Below, one piece after another: positions 9,338-17,378 of a DNA stretch of 64,000 nucleotides (the first letter of the stretch is position 1; each line of letters opens with the position of its first letter). The stretch lies in NCBI GenBank assembly GCA_944386365.1, contig CALXAT010000003.1:12407-76406 (forward strand), given 5' to 3'. Source of the stretch: an uncultured Clostridia bacterium (lineage in GTDB: Bacteria; Bacillota; Clostridia; TANB77; CAG-508). The translations under genes were made by a program, and so were the position numbers. The notes under the pieces are model-generated. The model ran no database searches. It had not been told where the DNA came from and saw only the letters and a program-made list of their open reading frames with translations.

Positions 9338-10510
9338 ATGTTAAACAAAGAAATTTTGAATTTCGAAAATCTCAAAGCAGTCAACGAGGCATTCAAACGC
9401 CTCAACATTCTGCGTCGGTGGACATCCGTTACCACTGATGACAAGTACAACGAACTGGCAAAACAGGCGTTGAATTGCATCACTGCCTATATGCTTGCAT
9501 CCGTTTCTGAAGCTAATGGTAACATTGTCAATTGGGAACGTTTTCCTAAGATTGCTATTTACCGTGCGTTTCAGAAGGTTTACGTGTATTTCGATACAGG
9601 TGAACACATCATTGATGAGATTTGCCGCATTGGACAGATTAACAAGGATGCTTTTAACAAGGCAACCACGGAAATTATTCAGGAACTCACCAATGAAGAT
9701 TTTTCTGATTTTCTGTCCGAAGGTATCGGAACCAATGAAATGCGCATCTATCGCGCAGCAACTAAAATTGCAACCTTGGTAGAACTCGAGGAAAATTCTT
9801 CATTAATGAAGAATACTGGCGAATACAGAGACAAGTTTTCTGAAATCCAGCATTCTTTGGAGAAATTTTCTGATATTCCTGGTGTAGCTGAATTTTCTGA
9901 CCCCAGTGGAGATTTCTTCAAGTTACTCTTGAAGATTTCAAAGCTTAGAAATCAGAACCGCTGGGCAGTACAGCCTTACACTGTAAACTGTTCTGTTCTG
10001 GGGCATCTGTTTGACACAGGCGTACTGGCCTACTTTATTGGCTTAGAGCATTTCGAAGGTGAGGAAAAAATCGCCACAAAAATGTTCTTTATGGGAATTT
10101 TCCACGACCTCGCAGAGGTGTGGACTAGTGATGTTCCCTCTCCTATTAAAGACAGAATACCAGGATTTCGGGCAGCGACAGAAAAATATGAAGATTTGAT
10201 GCTTGAGCGCAATCTTTATAGTAAGGTACCTGACTTCTTGGAAAAAGCAATCCGCTCAGTCATGTTTGAAGAAGAAGCAAACTCTTCTTATTACAAACTG
10301 ATGAAAGCGGCAGACTACCTGTCCGCCGACTCAGAATGTTGGAGACAGTATGTCGCTGGATCGCGTGATCTGTACTTCTTGTCTCCTGGGATTATGGGAT
10401 ATGACGACAAGTTAACCAATGGCAACTTGTTTCTCCCTCCCATCTGCAAGTCACTTCATGATTACTTTCTGAAATATAGTCAGAAAGTGATGCAGCAATT
10501 CGAGATTTAA
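9338..10510 (+). CDS. HD-domain phosphohydrolase, YfbR/HD_3-like; apparently a tandem fold with a degenerate N-terminal half
   Basis: 390 aa. The C-terminal half has LRNQNRW...LGHLFD...FHDLAEVWTSDVPSPIKD (H..HD..D). The N-terminal half repeats the RLNILRRW...helix pattern without the metal ligands. AAAGGAGG lies 8 nt before the ATG. G+C is about 47% in hand-counted line 9361-9420. Confidence 0.7.
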   Translation: MLNKEILNFENLKAVNEAFKRLNILRRWTSVTTDDKYNELAKQALNCITAYMLASVSEANGNIVNWERFPKIAIYRAFQKVYVYFDTGEHIIDEICRIGQINKDAFNKATTEIIQELTNEDFSDFLSEGIGTNEMRIYRAATKIATLVELEENSSLMKNTGEYRDKFSEIQHSLEKFSDIPGVAEFSDPSGDFFKLLLKISKLRNQNRWAVQPYTVNCSVLGHLFDTGVLAYFIGLEHFEGEEKIATKMFFMGIFHDLAEVWTSDVPSPIKDRIPGFRAATEKYEDLMLERNLYSKVPDFLEKAIRSVMFEEEANSSYYKLMKAADYLSADSECWRQYVAGSRDLYFLSPGIMGYDDKLTNGNLFLPPICKSLHDYFLKYSQKVMQQFEI

Positions 10511-10516
10511 AATCAT

Positions 10517-10559
10517 CCAGACAGCCTTGCTCTCTTTGAGCTTGGCTGTTTGGTTTTTT
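10517..10559 (+). terminator. Rho-independent terminator of the HD gene
   Basis: CCAGACAGCC (10517-10526) pairs with GGCTGTTTGG (10544-10553). There is an inner GCTC/GAGC stem, then TTTTTT. Confidence 0.75.
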
Positions 10560-10657
10560 ATTACCTTATTTTATAAAATCTATATACATATAGCATATTT
10601 TTATTGTTTATGATATAGTTAAATAAATTCTAATTTATTAAGAGGTGATATATATAT

Positions 10658-11413
10658 ATGATAATCGACAGTTTTGATAATCAATCAGAAGCAAAAATTA
10701 ATCCAAAGCCAAAAGAAAATAGATTAACATGTGATGCTTGCATTATCACATTTTCAAATATTATAGAAGACTATGTTCTTAGCCATTACGATTGTGAAAA
10801 AATTGGTGAGCTAAAATTTGTAACTGGTCCCCTATCTGTTTATCAGTTAGCATATAAAGGTAAAATCATTGCATTTTATAAAACCTATATGGGTGCACCT
10901 ACTGCTGTTGGCGCTTTAGAAGATGCTACTGAACTATTGGATACCAATCAGTTTATTGTATTTGGTGGAGCAGGCTCTTTAGATAAAGAAATCTCTCATG
11001 GTAAAATTATGGTTCCAACATATGCTTATCGAGATGAAGGAACTTCTTATCATTATGCCTCACCTAGTGATTATATTAAAATAGAAAATGCTTCTATTGT
11101 TTCAAACTTTATGAAAGAACATCATCTTCCTTTTGTAGAAGGAAAAACTTGGACAACAGATGGTTTTTATAGAGAAACACTTCATAATTTTGAAAAAAGA
11201 AAACAAGATGGCTGTATTTCAGTAGAAATGGAATGTTCTGCATTACAAGCAGTTTGTAATTTTAGAAATCTAGAATTATATTATTTCTTAACCAGTGGTG
11301 ATTTACTAGATGCTCCTGTATGGGATAGTCGAAAAAAAGAAAATGATTTAACTGGAACACAACATGATTCTACTCATTTTGAAATTGCATTAGAATTAGC
11401 AGTTTCAATATAA
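10658..11413 (+). CDS. Nucleoside phosphorylase family protein (PNP/UDP family 1, uridine-phosphorylase-like)
   Basis: 251 aa. Has FGGAGSL, a YRDEGTSYHY segment and VEMECSAL, which are characteristic of the family. G+C is typical of the host. Confidence 0.75.
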   Translation: MIIDSFDNQSEAKINPKPKENRLTCDACIITFSNIIEDYVLSHYDCEKIGELKFVTGPLSVYQLAYKGKIIAFYKTYMGAPTAVGALEDATELLDTNQFIVFGGAGSLDKEISHGKIMVPTYAYRDEGTSYHYASPSDYIKIENASIVSNFMKEHHLPFVEGKTWTTDGFYRETLHNFEKRKQDGCISVEMECSALQAVCNFRNLELYYFLTSGDLLDAPVWDSRKKENDLTGTQHDSTHFEIALELAVSI

Positions 11414-11508
11414 ATTTATAGGTTGAAAATTGACAAATGTAAATTAATATGTTATTATTTAGTTACAAAATAAATGAACTTTGAATATCGTTAGTGTTCA
11501 AATCATAA

Positions 11509-11543
11509 AAGTATGTGTACCGCGAATGCACATACTTTTTTTT
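11509..11543 (+). terminator. Rho-independent terminator (+ strand) after the phosphorylase gene
   Basis: AAGTATGTG / CACATACTT 9-bp stem, 11-nt loop containing ACCGCGAAT, then a T8 run. Confidence 0.75.
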
Positions 11544-11546
11544 ATG

Positions 11547-11577
11547 CTAAAAAATAGAGCAGACCGCGAATCTGCCC
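11547..11577 (-). terminator. Rho-independent terminator (- strand) closing the feoAB-small ORF unit
   Basis: On the minus strand: GGGCAGA-TTCGCGG-TCTGCTC followed by TATTTTTT. The loop is the complement of the same ACCGCGAAT 9-mer. Confidence 0.65.
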
Positions 11578-11593
11578 TACGACTAAATACAAG

Positions 11594-11734
11594 CTAGTTA
11601 GTCTTAACTTTGTTGTCATTTTGCATTTGTTGTTTTTGCTGCTCTACCTGTTGTTGTAAGAAAAAGTTTTTTTCTTTTTCTTTTATGTACTTGTCAACAA
11701 AATACAAAATTAAATCGCTAGTATTCAAAATCAT
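11594..11734 (-). CDS. Possible small Gln/Lys-rich protein (46 aa) downstream of feoB
   Basis: Hand-translated as MILNTSDLILYFVDKYIKEKEKNFFLQQQVEQQKQQMQNDNKVKTN. GGGAGG lies only 2 nt before the ATG (8 nt before the TTG at codon 3). The ORF is followed by the minus-strand terminator. It is below the ORF-track length cutoff. Confidence 0.3.
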   Translation of the reverse strand: MILNTSDLILYFVDKYIKEKEKNFFLQQQVEQQKQQMQNDNKVKTN

Positions 11735-11910
11735 AACCTCCCTTCCGCCTTTAAGAAAAGGCTGGCCTTCTCTTTGCGTAAGGTTGGTAATATATTACAA
11801 TATTTTACATTAAAAAACAAGCGAACAGTAAAATTTTCCTAAAAAGTTTTAATATAAATACATATTTGCACCAAATCCTTTGATTTTACTAACATATTCT
11901 TTCCTTAAAT

Positions 11911-14037
11911 CTAAAAAACATGATAAACCAAAGTTGTCAACATACAAAGAACAATTCCACAAACCGTTGGAATTAGAAAACCAATTGCTGTCCATTTCCA
12001 ACTTCCAGTTTCTTTTTTAATGGTAAGTAAAGTTGTCGCGCAAGGAAAATGAAACACTGTAAATAGCATGACATTAATTGCTGTTAATATCGTCCAACCA
12101 TTTTGTCTTAAAATTTCTCCTATGGCAAATGTATCTTCCATATTGACCAATGATGTTCCTTGCATATAACACATAAGAATAATCGGAAGTACAATTTCAT
12201 TTGCAGGTATCCCAAATATAAAGGCTGTTAGAATATACCCATCTAATCCCATCAGTTTTGCAAATGGTTCTAAAAAATTTGCTATAATTGTTAATAAACT
12301 TTGTCTTTGCACTCCAATATTGGCAAATAACCATATGACAAGTCCCGCAGGAGCTGCAACCGCAATTGCTCTTCCTAATATAAAGATGGTTCTGTCAAAA
12401 ATAGATCTAACTAACACTTTTAAAAATTGTGGTTTTCGATATGGTGGTAATTCTAATACAAAGGATGATGGCATTCCCTTTAATATGGTTTTAGATAAAA
12501 TTTTAGATATAACTAATGTCATAATAATACCTAAAATAATGACTAAAATAACGCATAAAGTAGATAAAATAGAGGCACCAATTCCTCCTATTGTCCCTGC
12601 TATAAATATGGTTGCAATCGTAATTAAAAAAGGAAATCTTCCATTACATGGAACTAGATTATTGGTTAATATTGCAATTAATCTTTCTCTTGGGGAATCT
12701 ACGATTCTACATCCTGTTACGCCACAGCTATTACACCCAAATCCCATACACATGGTAATCATTTGTTTCCCACTACAACAAGCTTTTTTGAAAAATCCAT
12801 CCATATTAAATGCAATTCTTGGTAAATATCCCAAATCTTCCAATATTGTAAATAATGGAAAAAAGATAGCCATTGGTGGTAACATAACCGATATGACCCA
12901 TGTTAATGTTTGATAGACGCCTAGTATTAGCATATTTGATAGCCATTCAGGAGAATGTATATATGTAGCAAATTCTATTAATTTTTCTTGTATATTGCCA
13001 AATAAACGAAATAGAATTTGTGAAGGATAATTAGCTCCTACAATGGTAATCCAAAATATAAGCAATAAAAATAATATCATAATTGGAATGCCATATTTTT
13101 TAGAAGTTAAAATTTTATCAATTTTTCTATCTCTATTGGCATAATCCTTGTTTTCAAATTTACATACCGTTTTTCCTATTTTTTCTGCATCTTTTACAAT
13201 AGTTGATACGATTTCTTCTTTAAATGCTTCTTTAGTAATATCTTCCTTTTCTAATTTCTCTAAAGCTTTTTTTCTAGATTCTTTTATATGAATATTATCC
13301 ATCAACTGTATATTTAAATTTTTTTCTATTTCTTTTAAAATACCTTCTTCCCCATCTAGAACTTTTATACTTATCCATCTTGCTAATTTTCCCTTTATGT
13401 TATATTTTTCCATAATTATTTTTTCTATTTCATAAATCGCTTTTTCTATATTTTCATCATACTGTACTTGGTATGTCTGATATATTTTTTCTTTTCCATT
13501 ACATACACTTCTAATTACCTTCAATAAATTATTTAATGTCTTTTTCTTTCTGGCTATAACCCCTACAACCGGTACTTTTAATATGTTAGATAATGCTTCT
13601 AAATCAATCTTTATTTTCTTTTTTTTCGCTTCATCTAATAAATTAACACAAACAATTAGATTATCTGTAATTTCTATGATTTGTAATACTAGATTTAAAT
13701 TTCTTTCTAAAGAAGTGGCATCAACAACAACAATTGTGCTATCTGGATTCCCAAAACAAATATAGTTTCTAGCAATTTCTTCTTCTTCTGAATGAGACAT
13801 AATGGAATATGTACCAGGAATATCAACAATTTCGTATTCTTCTCCTCTATACTCAAAATATCCAGTTGCATTTGCAACTGTCTTACCTGTCCAATTACCC
13901 GTATGTTGATTCATTCCTGTTAGATTATTAAATATAGTTGATTTTCCAACATTAGGATTTCCTGCTAATGCAATTGTATACGCACTTTTTCGTTTTGTTT
14001 CCTTTTGCTTGATAGATAACTTTTCTATTTTATTCAT
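11911..14037 (-). CDS. feoB: Ferrous iron transporter FeoB
   Basis: 708 aa. Has the N-terminal G domain (GNPNVGKSTIFNNLTG, DIPGTYS) followed by a polytopic membrane domain. Confidence 0.95.
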   Translation of the reverse strand: MNKIEKLSIKQKETKRKSAYTIALAGNPNVGKSTIFNNLTGMNQHTGNWTGKTVANATGYFEYRGEEYEIVDIPGTYSIMSHSEEEEIARNYICFGNPDSTIVVVDATSLERNLNLVLQIIEITDNLIVCVNLLDEAKKKKIKIDLEALSNILKVPVVGVIARKKKTLNNLLKVIRSVCNGKEKIYQTYQVQYDENIEKAIYEIEKIIMEKYNIKGKLARWISIKVLDGEEGILKEIEKNLNIQLMDNIHIKESRKKALEKLEKEDITKEAFKEEIVSTIVKDAEKIGKTVCKFENKDYANRDRKIDKILTSKKYGIPIMILFLLLIFWITIVGANYPSQILFRLFGNIQEKLIEFATYIHSPEWLSNMLILGVYQTLTWVISVMLPPMAIFFPLFTILEDLGYLPRIAFNMDGFFKKACCSGKQMITMCMGFGCNSCGVTGCRIVDSPRERLIAILTNNLVPCNGRFPFLITIATIFIAGTIGGIGASILSTLCVILVIILGIIMTLVISKILSKTILKGMPSSFVLELPPYRKPQFLKVLVRSIFDRTIFILGRAIAVAAPAGLVIWLFANIGVQRQSLLTIIANFLEPFAKLMGLDGYILTAFIFGIPANEIVLPIILMCYMQGTSLVNMEDTFAIGEILRQNGWTILTAINVMLFTVFHFPCATTLLTIKKETGSWKWTAIGFLIPTVCGIVLCMLTTLVYHVF

Positions 14038-14125
14038 AAACGCCTCCTTTATTTTCTTTTGTTACCTATTGTATTGTATATAAATTATTCTTTTTTTGTG
14101 ACTATTTTTTACTTGTATCAAAGGT

Positions 14126-14359
14126 TTACAAAACTTTTATTTTTATATTTTCTGCATCTTCTTTTCGAATAGCAATTAAACTCCCTCTAAATTCAAAAGC
14201 TCTAGGATCTCCGGATGGACTTATTAAAACTGGTTTTATATTGGTTCCTTCTATCAAGCCTAAATCTAACAATCTTCTTTTTATCGTTTCTTCCCCTATA
14301 ATTTTATTGACAATTCCTATTTCTCCAATTGCTAATTCGTTTACTGTTTTTTCCTTCAT
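14126..14359 (-). CDS. feoA: Ferrous iron transport protein FeoA
   Basis: 77 aa with an SH3-like FeoA pattern (RRLLDLGLIEGT...). Lies immediately upstream of feoB. Confidence 0.9.
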   Translation of the reverse strand: MKEKTVNELAIGEIGIVNKIIGEETIKRRLLDLGLIEGTNIKPVLISPSGDPRAFEFRGSLIAIRKEDAENIKIKVL

Positions 14360-14451
14360 CTACATATAGCACCTCCATATTATGTTTAGTATATAGTATT
14401 CTTTTTTTTATTTTATGTTCAAGGTACTTTCTCCTTTACCCGAACAAAAGG

Positions 14452-14480
14452 TTGACATGGGACTATATTTATGGTAAGAT
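14452..14480 (+). promoter_or_regulatory. Candidate sigma-A promoter in the feoA / membrane-protein divergent spacer
   Basis: TTGACA (14452-14457), 17-nt spacer, TAAGAT (14475-14480). It lies about 207 nt upstream of the GTG at 14687. Confidence 0.35.
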
Positions 14481-14686
14481 AAATAGGTAGGAATTATATA
14501 TATTTTAAAATAAAAAACGATTTATTCTCTTGGTCTTAGTTACTGAGAATTTTTTATTTATTTATGTTTTATAATCAAATAAATCCATAAAAACAAACAT
14601 AAATTATGCATTACATATACATTATCATAAATTATGATAATCTAAAGATACCTTTTAAAATTATTATTTAGAAAGGAGTTGTTTTT

Positions 14687-15721
14687 GTGACGAAAAAAAT
14701 TGATTTTGAAAGAATTTTTAAAACCATGCAAAGATATCTAAAAAAGTTTTTTAAGATATTACCAAATGTTGTTATTCCATTACTTATCATGGTATTTATA
14801 CAAAATTGTTTTGGAACAAATCATAGTGTCATTGGAATTATTTTAATATTTGTCTGTATGTTAAAAGTAAATGAATTAAAAAGTGTTAAAACCTATATGC
14901 AAATGTCTTTTATGATGATTGTAATAGCTATCTTGGCAAGTGTTGCTAGTTTGAATTTATATACTTCCGTTGTCTTTAATCTAATAATTCCATTTATCAT
15001 TATTTATTTAACTACGGCAAAACAAAAAGAATCCAATTACTTTTTATATGGATATGAATATATTATGTTTCAAAGCTATCCCATTTCTATAGCAGAAATC
15101 CCTTTACGTATTTTAACAATCATCATAGCTTTAACTATTTGTTATATCTATATGAAATTTTATAATAGAAAAGAAAAAATTGATCATAATCTTGTTTCTG
15201 ATTTTGATTTAGTTGTATATAATATAAAACATATTAAAAAGGAACTAAATTTTAAGATTCCTAGAATTCGTTTTGCTGTTCGTACAGCCTTTATTTTATG
15301 GATTACTTGTGTTTTTATGGATTTTGTAACAGACAGAACCGTTAGAAGTTATTGGCTACCTTTAATTACCTATAGTTGTTTAGAAATTGATAATCAAAAA
15401 CAAAAAAGTAAACTACTTTCGCAAATTGGTGGTGCCACAATAGGAATTGGTATATTTATCATATTTTTCCATTGGATTCCTACAAACGCTTTGTTGGTTT
15501 TCATGGCAATTGCATTTACAGCTTTATTTACCATAAATAATCAATATCTAAAAAAAGCCATTGGTACAATTCTTGGTATGAGTTTTGTTATACCATCTCT
15601 AGGAGAATTTGGTGCAATTCTTTTAAGATATACATATGTTATGGTTGCTATATTTATTATTGCCATTTTTGAATATTTAAGAATTGTTGTCAGAAAAATT
15701 GAACGTCAAATTGCACAGTAA
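14687..15721 (+). CDS. Polytopic integral membrane protein (possibly FUSC/ArAE-like); function unknown
   Basis: 344 aa with multiple hydrophobic helices. GTG start 9 nt after AAAGGAG. Confidence 0.6.
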   Translation: MTKKIDFERIFKTMQRYLKKFFKILPNVVIPLLIMVFIQNCFGTNHSVIGIILIFVCMLKVNELKSVKTYMQMSFMMIVIAILASVASLNLYTSVVFNLIIPFIIIYLTTAKQKESNYFLYGYEYIMFQSYPISIAEIPLRILTIIIALTICYIYMKFYNRKEKIDHNLVSDFDLVVYNIKHIKKELNFKIPRIRFAVRTAFILWITCVFMDFVTDRTVRSYWLPLITYSCLEIDNQKQKSKLLSQIGGATIGIGIFIIFFHWIPTNALLVFMAIAFTALFTINNQYLKKAIGTILGMSFVIPSLGEFGAILLRYTYVMVAIFIIAIFEYLRIVVRKIERQIAQ

Positions 15722-15722
15722 T

Positions 15723-15760
15723 GTGCAATTTTTTGCATTATTGCACTTATTATATTTTTA
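15723..15760 (+). terminator. Terminator-like hairpin after the membrane protein gene
   Basis: GTGCAAT (15723-15729) / ATTGCAC (15740-15746), followed by a T-rich tract. An alternative TTGCACA/TGTGCAA pairing overlaps the stop codon. Confidence 0.4.
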
Positions 15761-15859
15761 TGATAAAATTTTTTCTGTAAAAGTATATTTATTAAAAATT
15801 TATATAATTATATTATTTTTATTATATATTGCACATATACTTTTACAGGAGGATTTTAT

Positions 15860-16852
15860 ATGAAAAATAAATATAAAGTAGCTATTGTTGGTGCCAGTGG
15901 TCTTGTTGGAAGAACCGCTTTAAAAGTATTGGAAGAAAAAAGTTTTCCAAATATTCAATATACCTTATTCTCTTCTGAAAAGTCTGCTGGTAAAAAAATC
16001 GAATTTTTAGGAACGAATTATATTCTTCAAGAATTAAAAGAAGATTCTTTTGACCAAAAATTTGATTATGCCATTTTTTGTGCAGGAGGAGATATTTCTA
16101 AAAAATATATACCATTAGCAGTTGAACACAATTGTATTTGCATTGATAATAGTAGTGTATATAGAATGGATAAAAATGTTCCTTTAGTTGTTCCAGAAGT
16201 AAACATGCAAGAAGCCTTTAAAAACAAAGGAATTATTGCCAACCCAAATTGTTCTACTATTCAAGCAGTTGTTCCTTTAAAACCATTAGATGATGCATAT
16301 CATATAAAACGAATTGTATATTCAACATATCAAGCAGTTTCTGGTGCTGGAAGAGAAGGTATTGAGGACTTAGAAAACGGAATAAATGGATTTGCTCCAA
16401 AAAAATTTCCCTATCCTATCTTTAATAATTGTTTACCGCACATAGATGTTTTTATGGAAGATGGTTATACAAAAGAAGAACACAAGATGATTAATGAAAC
16501 TAGAAAAATTTTAAATAAACCTGATTTACCTATTACTGCTACAACCGTCCGTGTTCCTGTTTTAAATTGTCATAGTGAATCTATTAATATCGAATTTGAA
16601 AAAGAATTTGATCTATATGATGTAAGACAATTATTACAAAACTTCCCTGGTGTTATTGTCGTAGATGATATAGAAAAAAATTATTATCCTATTGCTACAA
16701 AGGCTGACGGATATGACGAAGTCTTTGTTGGAAGAATTCGAAGAGATTTTAGTATTAAAAATGGACTTAATTTATGGGTTGTAGCAGACAATCTTAGAAA
16801 AGGAGCCGCTAGTAATGCTATTCAAATTTTAGAAAATATGATTGCTGTATAA
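15860..16852 (+). CDS. asd: Aspartate-semialdehyde dehydrogenase
   Basis: 330 aa. Has the Rossmann start VAIVGASGLVG and an active-site NPNCSTIQ. Confidence 0.93.
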   Translation: MKNKYKVAIVGASGLVGRTALKVLEEKSFPNIQYTLFSSEKSAGKKIEFLGTNYILQELKEDSFDQKFDYAIFCAGGDISKKYIPLAVEHNCICIDNSSVYRMDKNVPLVVPEVNMQEAFKNKGIIANPNCSTIQAVVPLKPLDDAYHIKRIVYSTYQAVSGAGREGIEDLENGINGFAPKKFPYPIFNNCLPHIDVFMEDGYTKEEHKMINETRKILNKPDLPITATTVRVPVLNCHSESINIEFEKEFDLYDVRQLLQNFPGVIVVDDIEKNYYPIATKADGYDEVFVGRIRRDFSIKNGLNLWVVADNLRKGAASNAIQILENMIAV

Positions 16853-16873
16853 ATCATGAATTTATAATTATAC

Positions 16874-16917
16874 AAAAAAAGATATATTGCTAAATAAATA
16901 GTAATATATCTTTTTTT
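16874..16917. terminator. Bidirectional terminator between asd and the convergent small membrane gene
   Basis: AAAGATATATT (16878-16888) / AATATATCTTT (16903-16913), flanked by an A-run and a T-run. Confidence 0.6.
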
Positions 16918-16928
16918 ATAAATTTCAA

Positions 16929-17270
16929 TTATACATTTTTCCATAACCAATCTAAACTATTATCTACACTCTTTTTCTCCATTTTTTTAGCTTCCATATC
17001 ATCAACCCATAAATATGCAAAAAATGAAATAAAGACAAATACAAAATCAATTGCCACACATCTTGCAAGAATTGGTAGCATATCTTGATATGGTTCTGCT
17101 AACGTAATTAATTGTGCAGCATGCATAATTAATATAATTAAATAAGCAAACAATACAATTCCTGTTATATAACTTTTCTTTAACTCTTGTGCTAAAAATA
17201 TTAAAAGTATTGTTGCTGCAAGCATTAATAATAAATTTAGAATGTTTGATATATCAAAAATAAACATCAC
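16929..17270 (-). CDS. Small membrane protein (113 aa, about 3 TM)
   Basis: ORF with three hydrophobic helices. No recognisable family. Confidence 0.5.
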   Translation of the reverse strand: MMFIFDISNILNLLLMLAATILLIFLAQELKKSYITGIVLFAYLIILIMHAAQLITLAEPYQDMLPILARCVAIDFVFVFISFFAYLWVDDMEAKKMEKKSVDNSLDWLWKNV

Positions 17271-17378
17271 AACGCCCCCTAAAACTATAACATTATGTTA
17301 TCATTTTATCTTTAATATATCAATGCTTTTTATTTTACATTTATGTTACAAATTCATTACATAAAGCTTTTAGGTTTC

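Noticed and set aside
9341-10212. Alternative-frame and antisense ORFs within the HD gene (9341-9607, 9495-9782, 10030-10212, 9292-9483).
   Set aside because: The higher G+C of this gene removes AT-rich stop codons in the other frames. Only the 390-aa frame has an SD, HD motifs and a terminator.
11610-11813. A Cys-rich 67-aa ORF (MLSFCICCFCCSTCCCKKK...) that is tempting as a FeoB-associated Cys-rich membrane protein.
   Set aside because: It is on the strand opposite to feoAB, has no SD, and runs across the minus-strand small ORF. The Cys richness comes from the reverse complement of a Gln-rich CAA/CAG tract.
12320-12913. Long antisense ORFs inside well-supported genes. Examples are 12320-12913 in feoB, 28619-29239 in ugd, 29628-30143 in wzx, 36854-37333 in the sugar transferase, 53793-54170 in the ROK kinase, and 1237-2713 in relA.
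   Set aside because: They lie entirely within confidently assigned genes on the opposite strand. They encode low-complexity Ser/Phe/Ile-rich sequences with no motifs or SD. They are the expected by-product of codon bias.
14360-14451. A Fur box or other iron-responsive operator upstream of feoA.
   Set aside because: I could not find a convincing match to the GATAATGATAATCATTATC-type 19-bp palindrome by eye. I leave this unannotated rather than guess.
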